Below, one piece after another: positions 18,674 through 29,790 of a stretch of 64,000 nucleotides of DNA. Below the pieces are notes generated by a model that saw nothing but the letters and a program-made list of their open reading frames with translations, ran no database searches and was not told the DNA's origin. Source of the stretch: Verrucomicrobiota bacterium (lineage in GTDB: Bacteria > Verrucomicrobiota > Verrucomicrobiia > Limisphaerales > AAA164-E04); assembly GCA_047947115.1 (NCBI GenBank), contig CP170459.1, forward strand, positions 5,183,641 through 5,247,640. The letters are read 5' to 3'. The position numbers and the translations under genes were made by a program. Every line of letters begins with the position of its first letter. The stretch's first letter is position 1.

Positions 18674-21367
18674 ATGAATCGACTCCAATCCTATGAACGC
18701 GTCCTGCCTCTGCTCAATATGAAAATCTGGTTCCAACAGAGGCTGACATCCGTCTGCGGATCTTTATGCATGGTGTCATTGGTTGTCGGGATGTGTGTTT
18801 CTACAACATCAACGGCTCAGCTTGCTTCGGGAGACACCCCATCGATTTCAAATTCACTTGACTGGCAATCCCTCCCTGACCTGCCGGATGCACTCGGAGT
18901 AGCGGGCCCCTTTGCTGGGGTGACTGGAGACGCCCTGTTGATCGCGGGTGGAGCGAATTTCCCGCATCCCGTTTGGGACGACAGCAAACAATGGAGCGAC
19001 CGCGTCTTTGTTTTGACCCGCTCGGGCGAGGCATACGCATGGACGGAAACTTCGACCTTGCCCCACCCCATCGGCTATGGAGCGAGCATAACCATCCCTG
19101 AAGGAGTGCTTTGCATGGGTGGCAATGATGCGGATCAAACGTTTGATGACGTTTATCTCCTGCATTGGAATCCATCGACCAAGGAACTATCAATGGAAGA
19201 TTTCCCTTCGCTTCCGACACCGTGTGCTTTCGGACAAGCAGCTTTGATCGGAAAAACGATTTACCTGGCAGGAGGTCAACAAGGAGCCTCCCTGGAATCT
19301 GCCATGAACAATTTCTGGTCCTTAAACCTGGAAAACCGCGATGATCCGGAACTTTTCAAATGGAAACAGCTCCCGGCCTGGCCCGGCACGGGGCGTGCCT
19401 TCAATCTGACTTTGGCACAGCATAATGGTTACCATGACTGCATCTATGTGTTGAGCGGACGACGTCAGCAGGGAGACCAGGTGGAATTCCTGAAGGATGT
19501 CTGGGAATTCACTCCCGGCACAAGTCAATGGCATCCAAGATCCGATGTCCCCCGGTGCGTCATGGCAGCTCCCGGGGTCAGTATCGGGCAAAGCCATTTG
19601 TTTGTCTTTGGGGGGGCGGATGGTTCGCTTTTTTTCAAAGCGGACGAATTGAAAGATGAGCATCCCGGGTTTCCGAAAGAATCTTTTGCTTATCACACTA
19701 TCACCGACACCTGGACATCACTCGGAACATCACCTGCAAACCACGTCACCACGGCGGCGGTCAAGTGGCGGGATCGTATCGTTATCCCCAGCGGTGAAGT
19801 GCGCCCTCGCATTCGGTCTCCAAAAATCTGGAGCGTTGAAGTGATCAAGCAGCAGCGCGCATTTGGTTGGATCAATTACACCGTGCTCGTCGTTTACCTG
19901 TTGGCGATGGCCTGCATGGGACTGGTGTTTGCAAAGAGAAACAAGAACACCAACGATTACTTCAGGGGTGGAAAACAAGTGCCGTGGTGGGCGGCCGGAT
20001 GCAGTATTTTTGCCACCATGTTGAGTTCGCTCACCTACACCGGCGTTCCTTCAAAATCCTACGCCCAGGACTGGGTGTATGCCATCGGCAACATGATGAT
20101 CCCTGTCGTCGCTTTCTTCGCAGTGTTCGTCGCCCTGCCTTTTTATCGTCAATTGGACATCACCAGCGCCTATGAATACCTCGAGAAACGTTTCAGCCGA
20201 GGTGTGCGATTGTTCGGTAGCGCCAGTTTCACTTTATTCCATCTGTTCCGCATGGCGGTGGTCATGTCGTTGACTGGACTCGCACTGGCGATTGCCACCC
20301 CGCTGACACCGGCCCAGTCGGTGCTCTGCATGGGTGCGTTGAGCATCTTTTACTGCACTATGGGCGGAATCGAGGCAGTGATCTGGACGGATACCATTCA
20401 AACTTTTGTACTCCTGGGAGGCGCAATGCTGGCGGGACTTTATCTGATTCATGGAACTGACGGCGGTTTCACCGGGATGACGCAGGCCGCCCTGGATGCG
20501 GATAAATTCAGGCTGGCGCATTTTCATTGGGATATCTCCAGCGCCCAGATTGCACTCTGGATCATCATCCTTGGAGGGATTGGCCAAAACATTTCGTCTT
20601 ACACAGCCGATCAGGCGGTGGTTCAACGCTACATGACCACACCGGATCAGAAACGGGCGGCGCGATCCATCTGGACAAATGCGGTGATGAGCACCGTGGC
20701 CACGATCCTGTTCTTCGGCATTGGCACGGCCTTGTTCGGCTATTATCGATCTCATCCAGATAAGCTTGATCCGACGATATCCACCGATCAGATTTTTCCA
20801 TTGTTCATTTCCAATGAAATGGCCACCGGACTGGCAGGCTTGATCGTCGCCGGTATTTTTTCGGCCGCTCAGTCAACGGTATCCACCAGCATGAACTCCA
20901 CTGCCACGACATTGATCACCGACTTCGTTCGTCCTCTGGGAACCTGTCGGGATGACAAAAGCGACTTGAAGATGGCACGTTGGCTGACACTTCTGATGGG
21001 AGTCATTGGAACCTTGCTGGCCTTGTTTTTTGTGGATCCAACCATCAAGTCTCTATTCGATGCGTTCATCAAAGTCATTGGACTGTTCATGGGTGTTTTG
21101 GGGGGACTGTTTGTTCTGGGCGTTTTAACCCAACGTGCAAATGCGATCGGAGCCATGGCGGGAGCGTGGGTGGGTGCGGCAACCATGTTTGGATTATGGA
21201 AGCTTACCCAGGTCAACGGATACCTTTATACGACCTGTGGGATCACCACCTGCTTTGTGGTCGGTTATCTGGTGAGTCTGATGACTGGAAGCAACCAAAA
21301 GGATTTGAGTGGGTTAACGATTTTCACACGAGCGCAGTGTACTCCCAGCACGCCGTCGGATGCCTGA
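18674..21367 (+). CDS. fusion protein: N-terminal Kelch beta-propeller (NanM/YjhT-like mutarotase family) + sodium:solute symporter (SSS) domain
   Basis: 897 aa. Residues ~55-390 show Kelch-type blades (AGGANFP, CMGGND, YLAGGQQ, YVLSGRR, FVFGGAD) ending in [13 protein letters not shown], as in YjhT/NanM-type propellers. Residues ~395-880 are a 13-TM-type SSS permease ([26 protein letters not shown]). The start may be the Met at 18719 (MKIWFQQ). Confidence 0.78.
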   Translation: MNRLQSYERVLPLLNMKIWFQQRLTSVCGSLCMVSLVVGMCVSTTSTAQLASGDTPSISNSLDWQSLPDLPDALGVAGPFAGVTGDALLIAGGANFPHPVWDDSKQWSDRVFVLTRSGEAYAWTETSTLPHPIGYGASITIPEGVLCMGGNDADQTFDDVYLLHWNPSTKELSMEDFPSLPTPCAFGQAALIGKTIYLAGGQQGASLESAMNNFWSLNLENRDDPELFKWKQLPAWPGTGRAFNLTLAQHNGYHDCIYVLSGRRQQGDQVEFLKDVWEFTPGTSQWHPRSDVPRCVMAAPGVSIGQSHLFVFGGADGSLFFKADELKDEHPGFPKESFAYHTITDTWTSLGTSPANHVTTAAVKWRDRIVIPSGEVRPRIRSPKIWSVEVIKQQRAFGWINYTVLVVYLLAMACMGLVFAKRNKNTNDYFRGGKQVPWWAAGCSIFATMLSSLTYTGVPSKSYAQDWVYAIGNMMIPVVAFFAVFVALPFYRQLDITSAYEYLEKRFSRGVRLFGSASFTLFHLFRMAVVMSLTGLALAIATPLTPAQSVLCMGALSIFYCTMGGIEAVIWTDTIQTFVLLGGAMLAGLYLIHGTDGGFTGMTQAALDADKFRLAHFHWDISSAQIALWIIILGGIGQNISSYTADQAVVQRYMTTPDQKRAARSIWTNAVMSTVATILFFGIGTALFGYYRSHPDKLDPTISTDQIFPLFISNEMATGLAGLIVAGIFSAAQSTVSTSMNSTATTLITDFVRPLGTCRDDKSDLKMARWLTLLMGVIGTLLALFFVDPTIKSLFDAFIKVIGLFMGVLGGLFVLGVLTQRANAIGAMAGAWVGAATMFGLWKLTQVNGYLYTTCGITTCFVVGYLVSLMTGSNQKDLSGLTIFTRAQCTPSTPSDA

Positions 21368-21507
21368 ACGAGATCAGAACATCCCAGAAGAGCGCATCCC
21401 TTTCAACAAAAGCTCCCTTGGTTTCCGCTTGCAGAATCCCGAATGAAGGCTAGGTTTGGGAAAATCTTTATCAATCCAAGCTTTATCACAAATTAGATCC
21501 TACACAT

Positions 21508-22383
21508 ATGAAGTTGAACATTTTTCTGCGCAAGGCTTGCTGCTTTGCCATCGCCATCATCCTGACCTTCACCAGCGCCATACAAATACATGCTGCGGAA
21601 ACGGAAACAATCACCTCCACTCAAGCGGCAGAAAAGCTGGAAGACACCGCTTTCTTTCTCAAATACCTGAACCAGGAATTTGGTGGCATTGCCGGTTTGG
21701 CCAAAAAGGAACAGGAGGACGCCGCCAAAGCACGACTGGATGCTTTGAAGAAATTCCTGGAGCCGCTTTCCACTGAAAACGAGGAATCCAAAAAGCTTTT
21801 GGACCAAGCGAAAACGGTCGCCGGTCAATTCCAGAACCAGATTGCCAGCATCGTGGAGCAGACCAAAGAAATGAATGCCTTCATCGGAAAAGATGCCGCA
21901 CCTCTGGCGGTGGAAACCTGGATCAATGGAACCGCATTGACCGACGCTGACTTGAAGGGAAAAGTTGTGTTGCTCGATTTCTGGGCTGTCTGGTGCGGTC
22001 CTTGTATCGCCACCTTTCCTCACCTGCGGCACCTTAAGGACACATACGGAGATATGGGATTGGAAATCGTTGGGCTGACACGATACTACAACTACGAATG
22101 GAACGAAAAATCCAAGCGGGCCATGCGCAGCCAGGGCAAAGTGGAACCGGCCGACGAACAGAAAATGCTGACTGAATTTGCCAAATCTCATGAACTCACC
22201 CATCGCTTCGCCATTCAATCCGACGATTCCATGGCCAAATTTTACAACGTCACAGGCATCCCTCACGTCGTTCTGTTGGATCAAAAGGGCAAAATAGCAT
22301 TGATGCGTGTGGGAAGCGGTCCGGATAACGCCAAGGACATAGAAGAAAAGATTAAAGAGTTGTTGGCACCAACAGACGCCTGA
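21508..22383 (+). CDS. TlpA-family thiol:disulfide oxidoreductase with N-terminal helical extension
   Basis: 291 aa with a signal peptide, a coiled-coil-like N-terminal half, and a thioredoxin fold with FWAVWCGPC. Confidence 0.8.
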   Translation: MKLNIFLRKACCFAIAIILTFTSAIQIHAAETETITSTQAAEKLEDTAFFLKYLNQEFGGIAGLAKKEQEDAAKARLDALKKFLEPLSTENEESKKLLDQAKTVAGQFQNQIASIVEQTKEMNAFIGKDAAPLAVETWINGTALTDADLKGKVVLLDFWAVWCGPCIATFPHLRHLKDTYGDMGLEIVGLTRYYNYEWNEKSKRAMRSQGKVEPADEQKMLTEFAKSHELTHRFAIQSDDSMAKFYNVTGIPHVVLLDQKGKIALMRVGSGPDNAKDIEEKIKELLAPTDA

Positions 22384-22424
22384 TTTTTTCGGCAATCACT
22401 CTGAAAGCAACTCAGATCATTCAT

Positions 22425-23282
22425 GTGATCAACCGATTGTTCCAGACACTCATCCTTGGTATTGCGTGGATTCAATTGAACATCCACGCAGCCGAGGAAC
22501 CGTCGCCAAGCCGCATCGTCCCCTACAAGCAGGTCGGTAGCTCGTCGCTGCATCTTCATGTATTCAATCCCAAGGGACATTCAATACAAGATCGTACGCC
22601 CGCCATTGTTTTCTTCTTTGGGGGTGGCTGGAATGGAGGAACACCCAAGCAGTTCTACCCACAAAGCGCTTACCTTGCGACTCGCGGCATGGTGGCTATC
22701 TGCGCCGAATACCGCACCAAAAGCAGCCACCAGACAACACCGAAGGCATGCGTCGAAGACGGCAAGTCGGCCATGCGATGGGTACGGTATCATGCGAATG
22801 TTTTAGGTATCGACCCGAATAAGATCGCTGCGGGCGGTGGCTCGGCAGGAGGACATGTGGCGGCCACGACAGCTACAATCAAATCATTTGATGCCCCGCT
22901 TGATCCGGAAGTGGATGCCGCGCCCCAGGCCTTGGTATTGTTTAATCCGGTGTATGACAACGGGCCGGATGGCTATGGACACGATCGAGTCAAAGATTAC
23001 TGGAAGAAGTTCTCCCCCATGCACAATCTGCATGATGAGGTCCCGCCGACAATTGTTTTCCTTGGGACAAAAGACAAGCTCATTCCGGTGAAAACCGGCC
23101 AGTCCTTCCAATCCCGTATGCAACGCTTGAACCTTCGGAGCGAGCTTGTCCTTTACGAAAAGGAGGGACACGGATTTTTCAATAAGAACAAGTTCAATGA
23201 AACTCTTTTTGAAACGGACCGTTTTCTGACTTCTCTGGGATTCCTGAAAGAGGATCCAACCATCGAGGCGGCTCACAGGTGA
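22425..23282 (+). CDS. alpha/beta hydrolase (esterase/lipase-type)
   Basis: 285 aa with a GTG start, a signal-like N-terminus, oxyanion-type FFFGGGW, nucleophile elbow GGSAGGH, and C-terminal EGHGF. Confidence 0.78.
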   Translation: MINRLFQTLILGIAWIQLNIHAAEEPSPSRIVPYKQVGSSSLHLHVFNPKGHSIQDRTPAIVFFFGGGWNGGTPKQFYPQSAYLATRGMVAICAEYRTKSSHQTTPKACVEDGKSAMRWVRYHANVLGIDPNKIAAGGGSAGGHVAATTATIKSFDAPLDPEVDAAPQALVLFNPVYDNGPDGYGHDRVKDYWKKFSPMHNLHDEVPPTIVFLGTKDKLIPVKTGQSFQSRMQRLNLRSELVLYEKEGHGFFNKNKFNETLFETDRFLTSLGFLKEDPTIEAAHR

Positions 23283-23420
23283 TGTTTCAGTTTACTGCCC
23301 GCAGACATCGCAGATGATGAATTCATAAAGAATTACTCTGCACTCAGGGCATCCTCTCCGTTGAATCCCATCATTATCAAACAACCTTTTCGCCGAACAT
23401 TTGCATGAAATGAAATCCCA

Positions 23421-23792
23421 TCATGACTCGGATACGTCAGTATCTGAATCCAGTCTTTCGGCCTTTTCCTTGAGTTCACGATAAATGGACACGGCCAGTG
23501 AACTCTTCTTAAAACCGAGAACCTTGGTGTTGTTGTAGCCGAAAAGCTCCTCGATATGCCTGGCCTCGTAGATTTGCAAGATCGGAGTCCCCTTGTAAGA
23601 GCGTAGCATTTCCGCCAGGCGTTTTTCTGAAAGATCCCGGGTGACCAGAAGAAAATGAAGCTTCTTTCGGAGCTTGTTCAACAAGGCTTCACCCACCACC
23701 ACCACCCGTGCTCGAAGCGCGAAGGGGTATAACCGTTCCACGGATGGTTCGGACTGATTATTTATGCTGTTGTCAGGCTTGGGATCGGTCAT
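23421..23792 (-). CDS. L7Ae/L30e-family (YlxQ-like) putative RNA-binding protein
   Basis: 123 aa. ALRARVVVVGEALLNKLRKKLHFLLVTRDLSEKRLAEMLRSYKGTPILQIY..LFGYNNTKVLGFKKSSLA follows the YlxQ layout (A.RA.K.v.G...v...i..gk..LV..a.D.s......). By resemblance only. Confidence 0.45.
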   Translation of the reverse strand: MTDPKPDNSINNQSEPSVERLYPFALRARVVVVGEALLNKLRKKLHFLLVTRDLSEKRLAEMLRSYKGTPILQIYEARHIEELFGYNNTKVLGFKKSSLAVSIYRELKEKAERLDSDTDVSES

Positions 23793-23875
23793 CAGTTTGC
23801 TTGTCGTCCGGGAATCATTTCCCTAAGATCCAGTCAACTATTCACGAACCATTCCGAATTAAAAAGTAAAATGCT

Positions 23876-24520
23876 ATGAATCTGAACAACCGTTTTCGTG
23901 CCTGGACCAAAATGATCACCATGTGCGCCACCTTTTCGGCCACCCTGCTGAGCAGTCAGGCGGTTGAGTGGAGTTCGCTGTTTGACGGGACAAGTTTCAA
24001 GGGCTGGGAAGGCAATTTGCGATACTTCAGAATTGAAGACAACGCCATTGTCGGCGGCATGACCTATGCCAAGATTCCACGCAATCAATTCCTCACCACG
24101 GAGAAGACCTACAAAAACTTCGAGCTGCGACTTCAGTTCAAACTCGTTGGTGAAGCAACCAACGCAGGGGTGCAGATCCGTACCCGACGCATTCCAGATC
24201 ATCATGAAGTCATCGGTTACCAGGCCGATCTTGGACAGCATTACACCGGATGTCTCTATGACGAATCACGCCGCCGCAGGATTCTCGCCGAACCCGATCG
24301 CGAGGAACTTGCAAAGGTGCTGAAAGCAGATGATTGGAATGACTACGTGATCCGCTGCGAAGGCAAGCGCATTCAACTTTGGATCAACGGCTACCAAACG
24401 GTGGATTATACCGAAGAAGACAGCTCCATCGAACAGGACGGTGTTATCGCGGTGCAAATCCACAGCGGTCCAGCCGGGGAAGCCTGGTATCGCTCGATTC
24501 GTATCAGGGAGTTACCTTGA
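23876..24520 (+). CDS. DUF1080 (3-keto-disaccharide hydrolase-like) domain protein
   Basis: 214 aa with a signal peptide. W..LFDGTSFKGWEG, FELRLQFKL, GVQIR, WNDYVIRCEGKRIQLWINGYQTVDY and VQIHSG..AWYRSIRIREL are the typical DUF1080 pattern. Confidence 0.8.
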   Translation: MNLNNRFRAWTKMITMCATFSATLLSSQAVEWSSLFDGTSFKGWEGNLRYFRIEDNAIVGGMTYAKIPRNQFLTTEKTYKNFELRLQFKLVGEATNAGVQIRTRRIPDHHEVIGYQADLGQHYTGCLYDESRRRRILAEPDREELAKVLKADDWNDYVIRCEGKRIQLWINGYQTVDYTEEDSSIEQDGVIAVQIHSGPAGEAWYRSIRIRELP

Positions 24521-25612
24521 GGCGGCCTTGTTACGGAGACGGCGAATGCGATGGTTTTCGCTGTCTCCGATGTAAACCGATCCGTCCGCAGCTGCAAAGA
24601 TGCCGTGAGGACGAGCAAGTTGGCATTTCAGCGGATCTCCATCGGGACCGTCACCACGAGCGCCATTCCCGGCGATCAACTCCAGTTTACCGCTTTGCAT
24701 GTCAATCATTCGCACACTGTGGCTTTCCGTATCCGCCAACCAGACGTTTCCTGCCGCATCCAAACTGATTCCCTTGGGCCCCGATAATGTCGCCAACTTG
24801 GCTGGACCGCCATTTCCGGTGAAGCCCTTTTTTCCTGATCCGGCCACATGATGAAAACGTCCTTTTTTCATATCAATCCGATAAACCGCGTTCCCCTCGC
24901 GTAAAGCCAACCACAAATCACCATCCGGCGCCACATCCAGGGCTCGTGGTCCATTCAAGGGCGTTTGGAACAAAGGTGCTCCCTCGGGCGTCGCTTTTGT
25001 CTCGCCAGTGCCACTCAAGGTTTCCACCATCCCGTTGGATTTGCCCACCCGCCTGATTCGATGGTTGCCTATGTCGCAGATTAGCAGATTTCCCCAGGTA
25101 TCAAACTGAATACTGTGTGGTCGATGGAAGGTGGCATGAATCGCAGGTCCGCCATCCCCTGAGAATCCGGCTTTCCCGGTCCCGGCAATCGTGGATATCA
25201 ATCCTGACTCCAAATCCACCTTGCGCACCAGATGATTGGGCATTTCAACGAAAAAAATATTTCCGTCACCATCAAATCGGATCTCATAGGGTTGATTCAA
25301 CAATGCATCGGTGGCCGCCCCCCCGTCTCCCGAGTAACCTGCCTTTCCGGAGCCTGCGATGGTGGTAATGGTGCCATCGTCCGCGATTCGGCGAATCACA
25401 TGATTGTCTATGTCACAGAAATAAAGTCCCCGATCCGGTCCAATGACCAACCCATAGGGATTGTTGATTTGTGCGCGAATCGCCGGACCTCCATCGCCGC
25501 TGTAGCCCTTCTCTCCCGTTCCTGCGACCGTCTCAACGATCCAGTCTGCGGCAAACGAACGGGGCAAGGTCAAGATGATCAGGACAAGGAAGGTCATTGG
25601 CAGTCCAGCCAT
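24512..25612 (-). CDS. NHL-repeat six-bladed beta-propeller protein
   Basis: ORF 24512..25699, with likely start MAGLPMTFLVLIILTLP (ATG 25610-25612). Six repeats of G.G..GYSGDGGPA..A.LN.P.G. The 3' end overlaps the convergent DUF1080 gene by 9 nt. Confidence 0.8.
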   Translation of the reverse strand: MAGLPMTFLVLIILTLPRSFAADWIVETVAGTGEKGYSGDGGPAIRAQINNPYGLVIGPDRGLYFCDIDNHVIRRIADDGTITTIAGSGKAGYSGDGGAATDALLNQPYEIRFDGDGNIFFVEMPNHLVRKVDLESGLISTIAGTGKAGFSGDGGPAIHATFHRPHSIQFDTWGNLLICDIGNHRIRRVGKSNGMVETLSGTGETKATPEGAPLFQTPLNGPRALDVAPDGDLWLALREGNAVYRIDMKKGRFHHVAGSGKKGFTGNGGPAKLATLSGPKGISLDAAGNVWLADTESHSVRMIDMQSGKLELIAGNGARGDGPDGDPLKCQLARPHGIFAAADGSVYIGDSENHRIRRLRNKAASR

Positions 25613-25865
25613 GTTGAAAACAGAGCAGCGCAATTTGGAAGCATGAATCAACCGTGACATGGGAATATCACAAGATGATCCTTTATCTTTGACAAGCAAA
25701 ATGAACAGGCACGACTGAGGATGATCGAATGGCTGTATTCAATCTGTTGTAGCGTGGAAATAGTTCCCACGCTCCTGGGTTTGAATGAGGTTCAAGCAGA
25801 AGCTTGCCCTCCGATCATGGATTTATCATTTTTGGCGCGCGGCCACAGCGGATGCTGCCTGAAAA

Positions 25866-26831
25866 TCAATCCAAGCCACAAGCCCTTTTGGCGCGATTAT
25901 TGACGTCAACCGCCACTTTACGCGCATTCTCTGCCCCTTTTTGAAGCACTTCCTTGACGTAATCCAGATTATTGGCCAACTCTTCCCGTTTCTTGCGCAT
26001 GGGCTCGAAGTAATTCCAGCAGGCCTCGAAAAGTGCTTTTTTGAGGTTGCCATAACCGTATCCACCGGCACGCAATTGATCTTCACAATCCTTGGCAACA
26101 TCCGGTTCGGCCACCAACTTGAGCAACTGAACAGCGATGTTTTTGTCGGCATCGGGTTTGGGTTCGGCGATGTCCCGACTGTCCATCACCAGGCTCATGA
26201 TCTTTTTTTTCAGCGGCTTCTCCGGCCCGAAGATCTCAATGGTGTTGCCGTAGCTCTTGCTCATCTTCTGCCCATCGGTACCCGGCACAACCGCCACGTC
26301 TTCCCGGATCTGAGGCTCAGGGATCACAAAGGTGTCGCCGTAGAGTGAGTTGAACTTGATGGCAATATCACGGGTGACTTCCACATGTTGTTTCTGATCC
26401 TTACCCACTGGGACGACTTTGGAATCGTAAATCAGAATATCCGCCGCCATCAGCACCGGATAGGCAAACAATCCGTGATTTGGTGAAATCCCCTTGGCCA
26501 GTTTGTCCTTATAACTGTGACAACGCTCCAGCAACCCCATCGGAGTGATCGTAGTCAACATCCAGGTCAATTCCGTGTGCTCGGGAACATCCGACTGCTT
26601 GAAAAACACCGAACGCTCCGGATCAAGACCACAAGCCAGGAAATCAAGTGCCACGTCCAGAACATTCTGTCGCCGCTGTTCCGCGTCAAACAGGGACGTC
26701 ATGGAATGATAATTGGCGATGAAATAGTACGCCTCACCCTGGTTCTGCAATTCGATGGCCGGTCGCATCATCCCAAAATAATTCCCGAGATGAAGCGCTC
26801 CAGACGGTTGAATACCGGACAAAATTCTCAT
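25866..26831 (-). CDS. trpS: tryptophan--tRNA ligase
   Basis: ORF 25866..26909, with conserved start MRILSGIQPSGALHLGNYFG (ATG 26829-26831). HLGN (HIGH-type) and KMSKS motifs are present. Confidence 0.92.
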   Translation of the reverse strand: MRILSGIQPSGALHLGNYFGMMRPAIELQNQGEAYYFIANYHSMTSLFDAEQRRQNVLDVALDFLACGLDPERSVFFKQSDVPEHTELTWMLTTITPMGLLERCHSYKDKLAKGISPNHGLFAYPVLMAADILIYDSKVVPVGKDQKQHVEVTRDIAIKFNSLYGDTFVIPEPQIREDVAVVPGTDGQKMSKSYGNTIEIFGPEKPLKKKIMSLVMDSRDIAEPKPDADKNIAVQLLKLVAEPDVAKDCEDQLRAGGYGYGNLKKALFEACWNYFEPMRKKREELANNLDYVKEVLQKGAENARKVAVDVNNRAKRACGLD

Positions 26832-26973
26832 GTCCGGCAACGCTATCAACTTCCCCCCCGGAGTGCAACGCCTTGAATCGATATTTTGGGGATGTGACGG
26901 TAAAACCAAACGTCTTGTGCATCAAATGAAGGTGTTCATTCCAAATTGTGGTTTTGATTTGCATTGGAAAAAT

Positions 26974-29646
26974 CTAAAGGTTCAAATCAGCCACGACCTT
27001 GTGACGGAAACAGGGAGATAACATAGTGTCGAACAAGGAACGATTTCGAGTCCACACATAATTGTCCCAATTCCATATTTTACCATCGGCTGTCATACCC
27101 ATACATTGTGTCTTGGCAACCCAATCATCACGTTGACCAATTGGGCTAACACCCAATGAAATAGTGCCACCTTTAAAAGTGTTCGTTACGGAAGGATTGG
27201 GTTTTGCCGTTGATGAGAAAGGTCCTCCCTCCCATAAAGTTCCGTCTTCTTTAAGAAATGTCCTCCGTCCCGGAGCTCTATAAAACGTTTCGGTTACTTC
27301 TCGGACGGGAATTGTGGGGGCAATCTGATAAAGAGTGGGGGCGTTTTTTAAATGCCCCCACTCAAATGTTTCTCAGGTGCTCCCACCGATTTTGCAGCAA
27401 TCCATTGCGATCCATCCTCCGTGCTCAAAAGGATGGCACTGTCTTCACTACCGGTGATATCGATAAACTTTGCATCACCGGAAAAAACCTGTGTGATTCG
27501 GTTTTCAGAAACCATTGGAATTCGCCCCCATGAAGAAATGCCATCGAATTTTCCCCAAGCATACAAATCACCATTGGAGTTCAGCGCAAAATTTGTCATT
27601 CCCTGCACAAGACAATCAACCCAATCTGAACGAGGATCAGTAGGAGGATCGGATTTAATATAGCTACCATCAACAAAGCGCATGCGAGGTAATACAGTGT
27701 CTACCTGCACCATTTCGGGTAGTTCCGCCAAGGCCGTTTCTTTTCTTGTGCTCTCCCCCCGACCAAAGTGTTCCATCTGCCGCGACAGCCACTACGCGTG
27801 AATATCCCCGGATACTACCAGCAATCTGAACCCATTCTCGACCAGCCCCAAGTTCAAGCAGCGCCGGAAACGGAGCTTGTGAACGAACCCAGTGGTATTC
27901 GTCATCAATCGCCCAGTACCAGAGGCGATGTTCGGAATCTAAAACAAACCGGTGCCCACCACTTGTCACCAGGCTAATCCAATAGCCTTCCGGGGGGGGT
28001 ACAGGAATTCTCTTGTTCTGCAAAAATGGCCTTGATCTACGCCGGATGGTACGATCGGTATTGTCCCCCAAGCGCCAAAGGGTGCCATCCGGTGACAAAG
28101 CAATATCATATCGACTGTGGTAAAGATGAAGGGACGGTTGAACACCCGGTTTCAAAATGGAGTCTTCCTTTTTGGGTTCGGCCAAAGTCCAACGTTCCCA
28201 AAATCGATCTTCTATCAACCATCCGATGGACAGGGCAAAACCAATCATGCATAGACTTTGCAGCAGGTTCCATCTCACTGTATTACCTCGCGGAGTCGGC
28301 ATGCAAAAGTTGACGTACGTTTTCCTAATCAAGAAAACCATCATGATAAGGAAAGGCAACCAAAAGGACAGCCATCCCTTGAACATCATGCCCATTCTAA
28401 GCCCTGAAAACCACATGCCGGAAAGAATTGAAACAATGATCAACGAAGCACTGAAAGCTTTTAAAAAACCAGAAACCATTGATGACGCATAGAACCCGAC
28501 AGCCGAAAAAACTACGGTAATCATTGAGGAAAAAATGATAAACTGAGCAAGCCCGCCCGGATTTTCTTTTAAAAGCCATGGAATGGGCAAAGGAAGGACA
28601 ACGGCACACAACCATCCCAAGACCAGAGCCATGATCACTTTGATAAACACTTGCATTCTGCGGCTCGAAGTTGAAACCAATTCACAAACATGCACATCCA
28701 TTCGACGGCTTTCAGCAATGGTCACACAAGCCATGGTGCAAGGAATCAAGCAAATGATCCACTGAAAGAACTGAGGTAACATACTCAGCGCAGCATCCAG
28801 TTCCTTCCCAAACCAATCTCCCAACGGAAAAACCTTTTGGACCACCAAGAGAGTGACTCCACAAAGCACACAAGCCAGGGCCAACATCATGTTTGTCTTT
28901 TGGAGTCTGAATTCACGAAGTATGCTGGCCTTGATTGGGCTATAATAGTAGGTGGCATTTCTATTTTGTTGTTCCTTAGTCCGACGTTTAGGGAATGTGA
29001 GTTCCATCGATCCGCACCCGCTTGCTTCCCACTTCAAAAAAGTGCGCCAGGCCAACCACAAGCCCAATGCGCCATAGAGACATTCAGCGATTCCGACCAC
29101 CGTTGCTGTGATGCTGTCAGCAACACCGTTGATTTTGAATGGATACGCAATCAAAAGGGCCAAACCAATTGGCAATAAACAAGCCAGCCACATGGAAGCC
29201 ACCATGTTTCTGTATTTGAGAACGAGAAAAATGCCCGGCCCCAAACAAGCCCAGCTCATCACCCCCAGCACGAATCCGAACTCTTCCAACGAAATGCTGC
29301 CACGTGTAAAATCTCCGCGATGCAACCACAAAGTCACACACATCAACACCAGGACAACCACTCCATAAATTCCAAAAGCGATGAGAGATTTTTGCTTCCA
29401 ATATTGAGCACGGGACCAAGGCTGACTGATCCCCCACTCCAGACAGTTCAATGAGATTTCTGAACCAAACTGACTGATGATGAGGTAAGCGCAAATCCCA
29501 CCAAAGCCCAACCAGGTGATCACCGGATTCCAAACCCCCTGCCCACTTTCCCATGCCAATCCAGCCAGAATGATCGAACAGATCAGCACCAACCACAGCG
29601 GGCCCGCAGCAAGCCGGAGTTCTTTTTTAATGAACGGTTGCAGCAT
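26974..29646 (-). pseudogene. disrupted gene: polytopic membrane domain (ABC-2-permease-like by context) fused to a 7-bladed RCC1-like beta-propeller; needs two compensating frameshifts
   Basis: Three collinear open segments: 29646-27670 (frame A), 27776-27348 (frame B), and 27372-26974 (frame A again). Together they give seven blades (SPDGTLWRLG, SEHRLWYWA, AADGTLWSG, SNGDLYAWG, TEDGSQWIA, KEDGTLWEGG, TADGKIWNW). Each switch window contains a G-run on the coding strand (27755-27760 and 27355-27359). Confidence 0.7.
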
Positions 29647-29790
29647 GTTGTTTCTCCTTTTGTTTGACGATGGTGAGGAAGATTTCCTCCAGGGTCATGG
29701 CGTGGGTTTCGAGGGATTCGCAGCCGAGTTGTTCGGCCCAGTTTTCCGGGGCCACCTCAGTTTCCACCCACCGAATGGGACACCCCTGCA
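29627..29790 (-). pseudogene. C-terminal stump of an ABC transporter ATP-binding protein
   Basis: Not in the ORF track. The - strand reads ..IRWVETEVAPENWAEQLGCESLETHAMTLEEIFLTIVKQKEKQHAATVH*. The ..TLEEIFL.. tail is typical of ABC-2-type ATPases, and the stop overlaps the start of the downstream membrane gene (29644-29646). The frame is closed by a stop about 66 codons upstream, and no Walker/signature region exists upstream. Confidence 0.5.

Noticed and set aside
25751-25773. Hairpin AGCGTGG-aaatagttc-CCACGCT downstream of trpS.
   Set aside because: A 7-bp stem with no flanking U-run on either strand. It could be incidental and is not annotated as a terminator.
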